A stretch of DNA of 38,007 bases from Chiloscyllium plagiosum (taxonomy: Eukaryota): positions 7,837,701-7,875,707 of the forward strand of contig NC_057749.1 in assembly GCF_004010195.1 (NCBI RefSeq), written 5' to 3'. The translations under genes were made by a program, and so were the position numbers. Positions 1-11,892 of the stretch are shown in pieces (within the stretch, counting starts at the first letter, position 1; each line of letters begins with the position of its first letter). The notes under the pieces are model-generated. The model saw only the letters and a list, made by a program, of their open reading frames with translations. It did no database searches and had not been told where the DNA came from.

Positions 1-209
1 GTCTGACCTATCACCCTCACCTTGACCTCTTTCCACCTATCACATTTCCGACGCCCCTCCCCCAAGTCCCTCCTCCCTATCTTTTATCTTAGCCTGCTGG
101 ACCAACTTTCCTCATTCCTGAAGAAGGACTAATGCCCGAAACGTCGATTCTCCTGTTCCCTAGATGCTGCCTGACCTGCTGCGCTTTTCCAGCAACACAT
201 TTCCATCTC
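1..209 (+). mobile_element. Penelope-like element pseudo-LTR (3' part, runs off the window start)
   Basis: C-rich tract, then CTGAAGA...GAAACGTC and the tail gattctcctgttccctagatgctgcctgacctgctgcgcttttccagcaacaca. Nearly identical to the arms at 23905-24206. Confidence 0.8.
118..145 (+). ncRNA. Minimal hammerhead ribozyme core (PLE type)
   Basis: CUGAAGA (118-124), stem II with one mismatch, GAAA (138-141), then CGUC with palindromic ACGU. Helix I is weak. Confidence 0.55.
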
Positions 210-680
210 AGAAAAAACTTACAAGAATGTTGTCAGGGTTGGAGGATTTGAGCTAGATGGAGAGGCTGAATAGGTTGAGGCTGTTTTCCCTGGAGCATTG
301 GAGGCTGAGGGGTGACCTTATAGAGGTTTATAAAAATCATGAGGGACATGGATAGGGTAAATAGACAAGGTCTTTTCATGAGGTGGGGGAGTCCAGAACT
401 AGAAGGTATAGGTTTAGGGTGAGAGGGGAAAGATATAAAAGAGACCTAAGATATACAGAGGGTGGTGCGTGTGTGGAATGAGCTGCCAGAGGAAGTGATG
501 GAGGCTAGCACAATTGCAACATTTAAAAGGCATCTGGATGGGTATATGAATAGGAAAGATTTGGAGGAATATAGGTCGGGTGCTGGCAGGTAGAACTAGA
601 TTGGGTTGGGATATCTGGTCGGCATGGACGAGTTGGATCGAAGGGACTGTTTCCATGCTGTCATCTCTATGACTCTGTGA
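210..680 (+). mobile_element. CR1/HER1 LINE 3' fragment
   Basis: Decayed ORF2 C-terminus (ERLNRLRLFSLEHWRLRGDLIEVYK; VWNELPEEV...ATFKRHLDGYMNR) and a ctatgactct tail. Confidence 0.9.
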
Positions 681-775
681 CCAATACTGGCTTGTTTCAA
701 ATTGACCATTAATTAGTTTGAAACAAATATTAATATAGATCTCAAATGCAAAATCTATTAATTTTAATTTTTAAC

Positions 776-793
776 AGAGAGAGAGAGAGAGAG
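776..793. repeat. (GA)n microsatellite
   Basis: About 9 AG units. Confidence 0.8.
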
Positions 794-1129
794 ACTTGAA
801 CACACAACCCTCCAGACTAGTAGCACATCGCCATAATTGGTTCCTCACTACACTCATAAGTCAACATGCTGTAATATTATTGGCCCCTGTTCTCACATTG
901 TCACCACAGGCAATCAGTGACATTTCAAGTTTACTACATCATTACAGGGAGACTGATATTTAATAAAATAGGGGCAAGTATTTTAATCGTTGTATATCAT
1001 TTATATAAAGATACAAATGTTTGATTATCCAACTTGTAAGGATATCAAGGCAGACATAACAAAAAAAATGTACAAAGGATTTATGCCGGCATTATTTTGT
1101 AAGAGAAAGCATTGCTGATTGAAATGTTA

Positions 1130-1470
1130 TGGAAAGTACTTTAAGTTTTTTTAAACATCTGTAGATTTGAGGATAATTTTATGTTAATTGGAAATGAGTT
1201 CCATAATTGAACAGCAGTAAAAGCGTAGGAAGATTTCACCAAAATTAGTTTTAATAGCAGGAAGTCTGCAATTTGCATTAGTAAATGACCTTCTATTATA
1301 ATGTGATCCTGACCATAACTGAAACAATCTAATAGATAAGTTAGAAGGAGCAGCATTATTGAAACATTCCTTCAAGCCAGATTGAGAATCTATTCATTCA
1401 ACTACTGCAAGCAATTTGACAAAAAAAATCCTCAAACTTAAAATTTAATGATGATTTTCAGCTCCTCTCA
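1130..1470 (-). mobile_element. Old LINE ORF2 C-terminal remnant (L2/CR1-Crack-like)
   Basis: Frameshifted ...IKTNFG / KSSYAFTAVQLWNSFPINIKLSSNLQMFKK matches the LINE C-terminal 'F...LWNxLP...FK' motif. Confidence 0.65.
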
Positions 1471-1552
1471 CTCTCTCGAAAATGTAGACCCTTACCAGAG
1501 TGGAATCTTTCCAGTGAGTTGAAGTCTAGTTAAGAACCACCATCAGTAGTGA

Positions 1553-1760
1553 AAATAAAAAAAAATGCTGGAAATCACAGCAGGTCAGATAGCATCCATG
1601 GAGAGAGAGCAAGCTAACATTTTGAGTCTAGATGATCCTTCATCAGAGCTGAAAAATCATCTACACTCGAAACATTAGCTTGGATGTTTCCTGACCTGTT
1701 GTGATTTCCAGCATTTTTTTGTTTTCAGTATAGACTCCAGTATCTGCAGTAATTTGCTCC
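1553..1760. mobile_element. Fold-back PLE-LTR element (third family) with degenerate hammerhead
   Basis: Inverted arms aaatgctggaaatcacagcaggtcag / ctgacctgttgtgatttccagcattt. The minus strand near the centre reads CTGATGA...CAAAA and the plus strand reads ctcGAAAc. Confidence 0.7.
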
Positions 1761-1829
1761 AACACAATCTTTAGTTGTTACCTTCTAAGTAATTTGATTT
1801 CTAGGTTCCCAAACGACAGACCTGAGGTT

Positions 1830-2662
1830 CTGAAATTAGAGGGATCTAGGGGTGTAGGTACATCATTCTTTGAAGTTTGCATTCTATTAGACAGGGTGGT
1901 TAAAAAAGCGTTTGGCACGCTTGCCCTCATTGCTCAGTCCTTTGAGTATAGGAGTTGGGAAATCATGATGGCGTTGTACAGGACACTGGAATACTGTGTC
2001 CAGTTCTGGTCAGGGAAAGTGAGGACTGCAGATGCTGGAGATCAGAGTCAAGAGCGTGTTGCTGGAAAAGTATAGCAGGTCAGGCAGCATCCAAGGAGCA
2101 GGCCTGACCTGTTGTGCTTTTCCAGCAACACACTCTCACCTCCAGTTCTGGTTGCCCAGTTATAGGAAGGATATTATTCAGCTAGAGAGTGTTCAGAAGA
2201 GATTTACCAGGATGCTGTTGGGCATGGAAGGCTTCAGTTATAAAGAAATGCTGAATAGGCTGGGATGTTTTCACTGGAGCATAGGAGGTTGAGGGGTGAC
2301 TGAATAGAAATTTATAAAATCATGAGGGGTATAGATGGAATTAATTGTAGTTTCCTAAGATGGGGAATTTCAAGTCCAGGGGTCACATTTTTAAAATGGG
2401 AGGAGAGAGATTTAAAAACAACATGAGGGGCCAATTATTTACGCAAAGAATGGTTTGCATGTAGAATCAACTTCCTGAGGAAGTGGTGGATGTGGGTACA
2501 CTAACAATGTTTAAAAGTCATTTGGATAAGTACATGACTAGAAAAGGTTTGAAGGGATATGGGCCAAGAGCAGGCAGGTGGGACTGGTTTAGTTTACGAT
2601 TATATTCGGCATGGACTGGTTGGATTAAAGGTCTGTTTCTGTGCTGTATGACTCTATGACTC
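1830..2662 (+). mobile_element. CR1/HER1 LINE 3' fragment, interrupted at 2011-2140
   Basis: DRVVKKAFGTLALIAQSFEYRSWEIMMALYRTLEYCVQFW resumes as QFWLPSYRKDIIQLESVQKRFTRML; tail ctatgactct. Confidence 0.9.
2011..2140. mobile_element. Short fold-back PLE-LTR insertion with 12-bp TSD
   Basis: TSD tccagttctggt at 1999-2010 and 2141-2152. Arms tgttgctggaaaag...caggtcagg / cctgacctg...cttttccagcaaca. Confidence 0.85.
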
Positions 2663-2669
2663 CACAACA

Positions 2670-3015
2670 ACAGTAAGCCCTTTAGCCCATTGAGCCAACT
2701 GTGCCAGCAACACAATCATGGTGGATAGAACACTTACACCTTTAATGCTTACATTATTTTGATAGCCCATTATGCCAGAATCAGAGATGTATGAATCTTT
2801 ACTTCAAACATGCTCAAAGATTGAGCTTTCACAGCTATTTCAGTGAGATCCCATCTTATTTTTCTAATCACCATTAATCATAAACACACTCAACCCAATT
2901 TCTCCTCATTCTGGAATCAGTCTGGTGAATGACCACTGCGTTCCCTCTATAGTAAGTATATCCTTTCTTAGTTAAGAAACCCAAAACTGGACAGAATACT
3001 CCAGCTATGGTCTCA
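2670..3015 (-). mobile_element. Highly decayed CR1 3' fragment
   Basis: Resembles the minus-strand CR1 at 15355-16635 (atatcctttcttag...ccaaaact...aatactccag). Confidence 0.55.
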
Positions 3016-3027
3016 TTGTTCACAGAT

Positions 3028-3378
3028 CACGCAGTGGCCCAGTGGTTAGCACTGCTGCCTCACAGCGTCAGGGACCCAGGTTTGATTTCTGCCTGTGTGG
3101 AGCTTGCACATTCTCCTCATGTCTGCATGAATTTCCTCAGGTGCTCTGGTTTCCTCCCACAGTCCAAAGATGAGCAGGTTAAGTGGATTGGCCCTGATAA
3201 AAAAATTGTCCCATAATGTCCAGGAATGTGTAAGTTAGGTGGTTTAGCCTTGGTAAAAACCCCATGCAGGGTTACAGGGATGGGATGGGGAAGTTGGTAT
3301 AGGTGGATGCTCTTTGGAGGGATGTTGCTGATTTGATGAGCCAAATGGCCTCTTTCTGCACTGTAGGAATTCTGTGAC
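3028..3378 (+). mobile_element. HE1-type V-SINE
   Basis: tRNA-like head (gtggcccagtggttagcactgctgcctcacagc), V-domain-type core (tgtgtggagcttgcacattctcc...tttcctcccacagtccaaaga) and CR1-like tail. Confidence 0.9.
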
Positions 3379-4024
3379 TTAATGAACTGTGCAGTCTCTT
3401 TCCATACTATACTGCATAAGGGTAGAATTTAATATCCATGTTTGGGGGCTGACCACTGGCTGGAAAAAGATGTTCCCAATGTCTCTGTTTACAAGAGGCC
3501 CAATTCGGAATAATTCTGAATCAGGGTATTGGCCTTCCCAGCCCCTGTAAAGGGAATTGGTCTTCAGAAATCCTGATGTGGAATGGATGTGACTACAGGT
3601 CAATCAGAAGCTAGAAGCTCTACTGTACCGGCAGTGCCCCTGGTGCAGTGGCCACTTTGTGTAGTGCAGCGGTGATGGAGTACAAGGGAAAACATGAGTG
3701 GGGTCAGTTCGCTCATGGCAGGCAGGGAGAGTCCCAGTGAGGAGCTGGTGAGGAGCCAACCTGAAAGTCAGAGAGGTATTGAATTCCTGTTCACTCCGTT
3801 CTCAGTTGGTAGCTGTGTTTATCAGAGATGGAGAGTGCAACAAGGAGAGGCATCTCCCATCAGGGTCCCAAAGACCTTCCACAAGGTGTGTTGTTCATGT
3901 TAGATCTGTGTGGTGTGGCCTTGACAATGAGACAGAGTCAGATACTAGCAACGGAGTCAGGGTGCACAGAGCAGTAGAAGTGATAGAATCCTCACTTTCA
4001 GGTGGATGTTTCACGGGTTGCACA

Positions 4025-4330
4025 GATGTGTAGTTACTGTTGTAATGTAGGAAAAACCACAGCCAATTTCTGCACAGCAAGATCCCAGAAGAAAAAATCT
4101 TTTCTTGACAATTCTTCTATGTGCAATGCAGCCAATGAGCTGTATCTTGAATTCTGGTCACCTTTGCAATGTAGGAAATGTTGCAGCCAACTTATGCACA
4201 CCAAGATCCCACACATAGCAAGGTGTTAATGACCAGGTCATCTGTTTGCATAATGTTGTTGGTTGATTGTTCTTCAAAATAACATCATGGGATCTTTTAG
4301 ATCCAACCAAGAGATCACAGATGAAATTCT
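4025..4330 (-). mobile_element. Deu-domain SINE (SacSINE1/AmnSINE-like) fragments, tail segment present twice
   Basis: The minus strand has aaaagatcccatga. The segment aatgtaggaaa...cagccaa...tgcac...caagatccca occurs at ~4045-4087 and ~4168-4211. Confidence 0.6.
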
Positions 4331-4825
4331 GATTATTGCCCTGATTATTACCATCCTTTACTTCTCCCTGACCAGTGAATCCTGGTTGTATTACTCCTTT
4401 TTCATTCTGACTCACTGAGGAGAAAGCTACCTCAGTGTTGACAGTGCCACAGAAAACTCCCCATTGAAACACCATCCCTCCTGACCATGTTGCTGTGGAA
4501 AAGCAACTGGTAAAGAAAAAGGCACCTCAACAATAAACTTTTCCAACAAATCATTCATGGCCAACTCAACCTAGCCCACTGACTGGGTAAGGCTGAGCCT
4601 AGTGGTCTGTGAAAGTAAAACAAAATGTAGTCAGAGCACGGTAATAAAAATTGCCAGTTGATTGTCAGTCGGGGATTGCATGTTATTGAAAATTGACTTC
4701 CTTCACATTGATAACCAATAGGCCATTAGTGGAATTGTAAAATGTCAATTTCTATTCATCACTGTCCAATCACTTTCTCTGGCAAATGATATTTCTTCAT
4801 TTCCCAATGCCTTTCCTTGTTGCAG

Positions 4826-4974
4826 GAGAAATGGAACTGGGATATTTACAGCAGAATTCCTTAGACACATGTATAGCCAAGGAACCCCTTGCCACTTGTT
4901 GAGTGGGTCACCATTTTTGTTAGATATTCCACCAGCCTGGCCTCTTGCTCCACTGCCCTTACCCACCAATCTTT
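4826..4974 (+). CDS. Candidate internal exon of an unidentified host gene (149 bp)
   Basis: Acceptor ctttccttgttgcag|G and donor TTT|gtgagt. One open frame, RNGTGIFTAEFLRHMYSQGTPCHLLSGSPFLLDIPPAWPLAPLPLPTNL, in non-repetitive context. Protein not recognised. Confidence 0.3.
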
Positions 4975-5089
4975 GTGAGTACTATTTGTTCAAAGAAATG
5001 GCTTCTTCAAATTGCGTGCTATTGTTTAATAACTCTTTATGCCTTCCACTAATTTTAGTATTATATCCCTAAAGTAGAGAAACAATGAT

Positions 5090-5368
5090 CTTTAGATTTC
5101 AAGCAACAAGTCCACACAGACCTTCCAAAGAGTAACCCACCCAGACTCATTTCCCTACATTTTACCCCTGATTATTACACCTAACTCTATGGGCAATTCA
5201 GTATGGCCAATTCACTGACCTGCACATCTTTTAGATTGTGGGAGGAAACCCACATAGACACAGACAGAATGTGCAAACTCCGCACAGACAGTCGCCCGAG
5301 GCTGGAATCAAACCCAGGACCTTGGCACTGTGAAGCAGCAGTGCTAACCCCTGAGCCACCATGCCACC
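5090..5368 (-). mobile_element. HE1-type V-SINE
   Basis: Reverse complement of the HE1 head and core; homologous to 22742-23056. Confidence 0.9.
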
Positions 5369-5925
5369 CTCTTGTTAAGCTGATTTTCTATGTCACCAAA
5401 TATATGCAATATCATGTGCCAAATGTTAGCAGTATAACAGTGCTTACAATGAACTTTGTTTTTGTGGTTCAAAAGCACTGTGACTTAGGACCTCTGTATC
5501 AGAGACATAATGGAACATTTGCTCAGAGATTAACATTGTCTATCTTTGTTTCTGCAATATAATTCATAACTGGCAAGAATATAAAATTTATTGAGTCAAG
5601 CCAACATTATACTTGAGCTAGAGGCTTCAAGGCAAAGAGACATTATGTTATTTTTACATATCTGCTGTCCTCGGGTCATCATTTTTTAGTTTACACCCCT
5701 TTGTAACTGCAGAGGCTTTCAAGTGTATTATAACATACCTTAAGCTTATGCAGTCAAATTTAAAATGGCCTGAAAAGTTCATCCTCCAAATGGTTTTATA
5801 TTCATATGTGAGAGTGCTGCTCTTGGTAGACAAATGATGAAATAGTTCAGCATAAATGTGCACTTCAGTATCCATGTAAAATATTTACACAGTACTCCCT
5901 CACAGGAGTGAAGATTGCCATAAAC

Positions 5926-6208
5926 ATTAGATTAGATGACCTACAGTGTGGAAACAGGCCCTTTGGCCCAACAAGTCCACACTGACCCTCTGAAGAGCAA
6001 CCCACCTAGACCCATTCCCCTACACCTAACAATACAGGCAATTTAGCATGGTCAATTCACTGCACATCTTTGGACTGTGGGAGGAAACCCATACAGACAC
6101 AGGGAGAATGTGCAATCTCCACACAGGCAGTTGCCTGAGGCGGGAATCGAACCCAGGTTCCTGCCACTGTGAGGCAGCAGTGCTAACCAGTGAGCCATGG
6201 TGCAGCCC
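5926..6208 (-). mobile_element. HE1-type V-SINE
   Basis: Tail ttagattagat; head cactgtgaggcagcagtgctaacca as read on +. Confidence 0.9.
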
Positions 6209-6580
6209 TTTATTTGGTTTTTCTTGCCAGTTTTTTTTCCAGTTCCAAGAGCGGAACCTTCTGACACTCTCTGCCCATTCTCACACTCCTCTCACACCCC
6301 TCCCTCCCTCCCCTCGCGCCCTCTCCCTCCCTCTCCTCACAATCTCCCTGAAACAACATTTTCATATGACTTATGCAAAATCTTTGCTTGTGTCGGCATC
6401 TGGACAAAAATCTTAAACATTTGATTTACATATATTGGGAATTCAGGTACTCACTGCCCATCAGTTTCATTTCACTTTGAAATATTGGAAAATATCAGCA
6501 GTGGAGATTCACATTTTGTAATGAGCTGCCAGAATTTAAGGCTTGTGATCCGGAATCTGTTGTTTCAAAACTTACACTTT

Positions 6581-7515
6581 TTGATTTGATTTGATTTATT
6601 ATTATCACATATACCTATGTACAGTGAAAAGTTTTGTTTCGCACATAGTACAGGCAGATCTTACCATGCAAAGATTGTGGGGTGATCGAACAGAGCAAGA
6701 AATATAAAGTTACAGCTGCAAAGATGTTGCACAAGAAAACAAATTCATCATTAGATTTCAATTTTGAGAGGTCCATTCAAAAATCTAATAACAGCAGGGA
6801 AGAAGCTGCTCTTGAGCCTGTTGGTATATGAGTTTAATGTATGTTCTGCCAGATGGATGAGATTGAAAGAGATTGTAAGTGGGGTTGGAGGGGTTTGTGA
6901 TGATGTTGTCTGCCTTCCTGGGGCAGCAAGAAATGTAAATGGAGTCAATGGATGGAAGGTTGGCTTGCGTGATGAACTGCACTGTGTTCATAATTCTCTG
7001 TAGTTTCTTACAGTCCTGGGCAGAGCAGCTGCTGTTTCACCCTGTGTTGCATCCAGATAGAATGCTTTCTATGGTGCATCTATAAAAGTTAGTGAAAGTC
7101 CTTATGGATGTGCTGAATTTCCTTAGCCTCCTGAGGAAGAAGAGCCATTTTTGTGCCTTCTTGACCATTGCATCAATGCGGGTGATCCAGGACAGATTGT
7201 TGGTGATTGTCACTCCTTGGAACTTGACACTCTCAACCATCTCCGTCTCGGCTCCATTGACAAAAATAGCGGCATGTCCTCCTTCTTTCTCCTTGAAGTC
7301 GAGGATCAGCTCTTTAGTTTTGTGACATTGAGAGAGACATTGTCATCTTTGTACCACGACACCAAGCATTCTATTTCATTTCTATATTCTGTCTTGTTTT
7401 TGCTTGACATCCAGCCTACAAACAGTGGAATCATCATCAAACGTGTAAATTAAGTTTGGACAAAATGTTGCCAGATAGTCATGAGTGTACAGGAAGTACA
7501 GTAGAGTACAGGGAA
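6581..7515 (-). mobile_element. Rex1/Babar LINE 3' fragment (RT C-terminal half to tail)
   Basis: LYTHDY...IYTFDDDSTV; VESVKFQGVTITNNLSW...FFLRRLRKF...TNFYRCTIESILSGC; RLKSSFFPAVIRFLN; (ttgat)n tail. Confidence 0.9.
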
Positions 7516-7599
7516 ACAAGTTAATGAGATGTTTTGTTGCTGACAAGATCAGCCTTGGTTGTCCATCTCTAACTGAGTGCCTAATCATCTACTACAAAG

Positions 7600-7812
7600 G
7601 ACAGTAAAGAGTTGGCCACACAGCTGCATGTAGGCCAGAAATGGGTATGGGCTGCAGATTTGTTTCCCTCAAAGACTTTGGTTAACCACATGCATTTTAG
7701 ACAACCTTCAGTTCAAGAATTTTATAAAGATTAGCTTTTGATTCCACCAGCTGTGGTGGTGGGATTTTTACTCATGCCCATCCCCATGGCATTGCTCTTG
7801 GCCTCCAGTATT
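7600..7812 (-). mobile_element. Decayed tRNA-like SINE (family of 14998-15345 and 20772-22138)
   Basis: Shared motifs catgtaggccaga...cagattt..ttccct and tggtgggattt. Confidence 0.5.
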
Positions 7813-7979
7813 GATTGAATCTGCCTTCACTGTCCTCTCAGCCAGCGGATTCCAGATCCAATTATTCACAGCATGAAACAGCTTTCTTTCATCACCTTTG
7901 CAAAAGAGCAATATGCAAGCAAGTTTGATCAAAAACTGAAGGAATTGTAAGCACAATTTGTGTCCACATTGCCAACTAT

Positions 7980-8305
7980 GCTTAGCACTGCTGCCTCACA
8001 GTGCTGGGGACCTGGGTTCAATTCCACCCTCAGGTGCCTGTCTGTGTGCAGTTTACACTTTCTCCCCATGTCTGCGTGGGTTTCCTCTGGGCACTCTCAT
8101 TTCCTCCCACACTCCAAAGATGCGCAGTATCGGTGGATTGGCCATACTCAAATGCCCTTAAGTGTCTAGGGATGTGCAGGCTAGGTGGATAAACCATGGA
8201 AAATGTAAGGTCACAGGGATAGTATAGGGGAGGTGGGATGCTCTTCAGAGGATCTTGATGGGCTGACTGGCCTGCTTCCATGCTGTAGGGATTCCATGAT
8301 TCTAT
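7980..8305 (+). mobile_element. HE1-type V-SINE, slightly 5'-truncated
   Basis: ttagcactgctgcctcacagtg, B box ggttcaattcc, V-type core, gattccatgattct tail. Confidence 0.9.
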
Positions 8306-8904
8306 GTGCAAGTATGTCTCGTACAAGAGTTCTTTGTGCATTAGATGGATCTAACAACTAGGTCTCAGAATTACAAAGGACTTTACTTGCTGTGAAGCAC
8401 TGTGAGAGTTCCTGTGATGGCTAAGGGTGCTCTACAAACGTAGCTTTTTCCTCTTAAATGGCATTTGTTAAATATAATGTAAGCCAGACAAAATTATTTC
8501 TGCTTTAAATGGCTAATGCAGGGACATTACCACTGTCTCTCCCATGATTATTTTGCAGTGGTTTAGAAAGTATTGAGTAAGCAGCTGATAGCACTAATAG
8601 CACACCCAGAATGAATTAAATTGCCATTGAGAGATTATATGAATTGTACCAGTTTGCATGTCTTTGAGGAGGTTCTTAAAATTAAGCTTATTCTTTTTAG
8701 GCACAAGAACACTCAGAAACTTTTAAAAGCTTTTCAATATTGTAATGATATTACAAATAGCAATAAACAATTGCTGTAAAACAATGAAACCCGTAAATGG
8801 TTCTGTTTATTTTTGCCACAGTGTGGAGTTATTTAAAATCAGGTTACTCCCATGTGCAGGATCAGAAACTCTTACTGAAATGAAAGATGAATACTTTGGA
8901 AGAA

Positions 8905-9002
8905 GAATCTGAAAAAAAAGGTCATGTTGAACTCAAACATTAACTCTGTTTCTCTCTCCATGGATGCTGCCAGACCTGCTGAGTTTCTCTGTGCTTATTT
9001 TA
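8905..9002 (+). mobile_element. Decayed PLE-LTR fragment
   Basis: ttaactctgtttctctctccatggatgctgccagacctgctg matches the 1553-1760 family. Confidence 0.6.
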
Positions 9003-9400
9003 CCTTTGCTAAAATGTTTGTTTTACTGACAAGCTCATTTGTAGCTTTATTAATCACACTGTACCAGGTCACCATGCTGAAAAAAAAAAATGCAAACTCT
9101 AGGTCATTATTTGAAAGACAAAAAAGGCAATAGTGTGTTGTCAACATTTTCGCAATTCCGCTGAGTCACGGAAGAGTTTATACTCTGTGATCTCTCAGAA
9201 ATGTTGCAGAACAGGAAAGAATTCATCATGTTTGTGTCAACTGTATCACTGAACAATTTATCTGATACTACTCCCCATAGCCCTGCACATACTCCCTTCT
9301 TAGACAATAATCTCTCTTGAATTCCAGACAGAATCTGACTACACTTCACCCTCACTCCATGCATTCCAGTTCCCCATTATTCAAGGCTTGAATAAATTGT

Positions 9401-10766
9401 CATAGAGTCATAGAGTCATAGAGATGTACAGCATGAAAACAGACCCTTCCGTCCAACCCGTCCGTGCCGACCAGATATCCCAACCCAATCTAGTCGCACC
9501 TGCCAGCACCCGGCCCATGTCCCTCCAAACCACTTCCTATTCATATACCCATCCAAATGCTTCTTAAATGTTGCAATTGTACCAGCCTCCACCACTTCCT
9601 CTGGCAGCTCATTCCATACACTTACCACCCTCTGCGTGAAAAAGTTGCCCCTTAGGTCTCTCTTATATCTTTCCCCTCTCGCCCTAAACCTATGCCCTCT
9701 AGTTCTAGACTCCCCGACACCAGGGAAAAGACTTTGCCTATTTATCCTATTCATGCCCCTCATAATTTTGTAAACGTCTATAAGGTCACCCCTCAGCCTC
9801 CGACACTTCAGGGAAAACAGCCCCAGCCTGTTCAGCCTCTCCCTGTAGCTCANNNNNNNNNNNNNNNNNNNNNNNNNNNNNNNNNNNNNNNNNNNNNNNN
9901 NNNNNNNNNNNNNNNNNNNNNNNNNNNNNNNNNNNNNNNNNNNNNNNNNNNNNNNNNNNNNNNNNNNNNNNNNNNNNNNNNNNNNNNNNNNNNNNNNNNN
10001 NNNNNNNNNNNNNNNNNNNNNNNNNNNNNNNNNNNNNNNNNNNNNNNNNNNNNNNNNNNNNNNNNNNNNNNNNNNNNNNNNNNNNNNNNNNNNNNNNNNN
10101 NNNNNNNNNNNNNNNNNNNNNNNNNNNNNNNNNNNNNNNNNNNNNNNNNNNNNNNNNNNNNNNNNNNNNNNNNNNNNNNNNNNNNNNNNNNNNNNNNNNN
10201 NNNNNNNNNNNNNNNNNNNNNNNNNNNNNNNNNNNNNNNNNNNNNNNNNNNNNNNNNNNNNNNNNNNNNNNNNNNNNNNNNNNNNNNNNNNNNNNNNNNN
10301 NNNNNNNNNNNNNNNNNNNNNNNNNNNNNNNNNNNNNNNNNNNNNNNNNNNNNNNNNNNNNNNNNNNNNNNNNNNNNNNNNNNNNNNNNNNNNNNNNNNN
10401 NNNNNNNNNNNNNNNNNNNNNNNNNNNNNNNNNNNNNNNNNNNNNNNNNNNNNNNNNNNNNNNNTATCCCGAATCAGTCCTTGCCTTTCCAAATACATGC
10501 ACATCCTGTCCCTCAGGATTCTCTCCAACAACTTGCCCACCACCGAGGTCAGGCTCACTGGTCTATAGTTCCCTGGCTTGTCTTTACCGCCCTTCTTAAA
10601 TAGTGGCACCACGTTTGCCAACCTCCAGTCTTCAGGCACCTCACCTGTGACTATCGATGATACAAATATCTCAGCAAAAGGCCCAGCAATCACTTCTCTA
10701 GCTTCCCACAGAGTTCTCGGGTACACCTGATCAGGTCCTGGGGATTTATCCACTTTTAACCATTTC
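9401..10766 (-). mobile_element. Young 5'-truncated CR1/HER1 LINE ORF2 spanning the assembly gap
   Basis: LKVDKSPGPDQVYPRTLWEAREVIAGP...WRLANVVPLFKKG.KDKPGNYRPVSLTSVVGKLLE, then after the gap SYRERLNRLGLFSL...RGDLIDVYKIMRG. CpGs are retained and there is a (catagagt)n tail. Confidence 0.95.
9853..10464. other. Assembly gap (612 N)
   Basis: Run of N. Confidence 0.99.
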
Positions 10767-11064
10767 AAAAAGTATTCTGGGTATTCCAAGATGGAGGATG
10801 GGAAAAATTTCTGGCTGTAAGAGCTGCTCCTTTTTTTGAGGTATTTTAGGTGTTGGAGGTGATTTGCTCGAATTCCAGGAGCAGCAATTACTGTTTTATA
10901 TGCTGTTGCATTGTTTTGGAATTTTTGGAAAAAAAAGTTTTTCCTCATCAGCTTTGTGAATGACCAATATGTAAACACATCTGATCGGAAACAATTTGTG
11001 TCCTCATTACCAATTGTGTACATCCTCATACATCCGGTACGAGGATCATATTAAAGAGCTAGCA

Positions 11065-11297
11065 ACAATTTTTTTTTGCACAGAGAGTGGCTCGTGTGTG
11101 GAATGAACTTTCTGAGGAAGTGGTGCATGTGGGTACAGTTACAATGTTTAAAAGATATTTAAATAAATACATGAATAAGAAATGTTTGGAGGGATATGGG
11201 CCAATTGCAGGTAGGTGGGACTAGTTTACTTTGGGATTATGGTCAGCACAGACTGGTTGGATTGAAGAGTCTGTTTCTGTACCGTATGACTCTATAA
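11065..11297 (+). mobile_element. CR1/HER1 3' end
   Basis: gtgtggaatgaactttctgaggaagtgg...gtatgactctat. Confidence 0.85.
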
Positions 11298-11892
11298 CAT
11301 GGACCACTATGCCTCAGAGTGCTTTATTAGCAGTGAAACATCCTGAGACAGTTAATGTTGCTCTACGATTTTTTTTCTCTGATAAGTGGCATTTCTCAAA
11401 TGAAATATAAGCCAAACAAAATTACCTGTGCATTCAAGTGTCAGTAAAAGAATTCACGAGTGATGGTGAAGACTCAGTAAATATTTTATATTGATAACAC
11501 TGTAAACTTTATCAAAACTGTTGTGTATTTCATTTATTGATTTGTCTCAAAGCAATAAAAAGATGATACCACTCTATAAATGTTCAGTTAGTTACAAAGG
11601 GTTATACAACACTTGAAAAAGTCTACCCAATACTTCCAGCCACTTTTATGCCTCTGTTTAGTTGTCCTCGTGTCAACAGCAAGGTTTACACAATTAAACA
11701 CAGAGTGCATAGATCAGTTATCAGACTAACATAATCAAACACAGAAGCATTGAACCAATAAACACAGCTGATACCTTGACAAAATATGTTGACTGCTGGT
11801 TATTTCCAAGTGATTTATAACCCTTGCTTTCTGAAGAATGAAGCTCGGACAGGTGATTGAACAATATACAGCCTGCTTACTTGACTGTGTTG

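Noticed and set aside
5739..5875. Minus-strand exon ending AAG|gtatgt
   Set aside because: The acceptor is ambiguous and the peptide unrecognised.
9416..11029. 537-aa ORF (and the 303-aa and 238-aa ORFs) as genes
   Set aside because: They are open only because they read through Ns. The real content is a truncated CR1 ORF2 fused by chance to unrelated flank.
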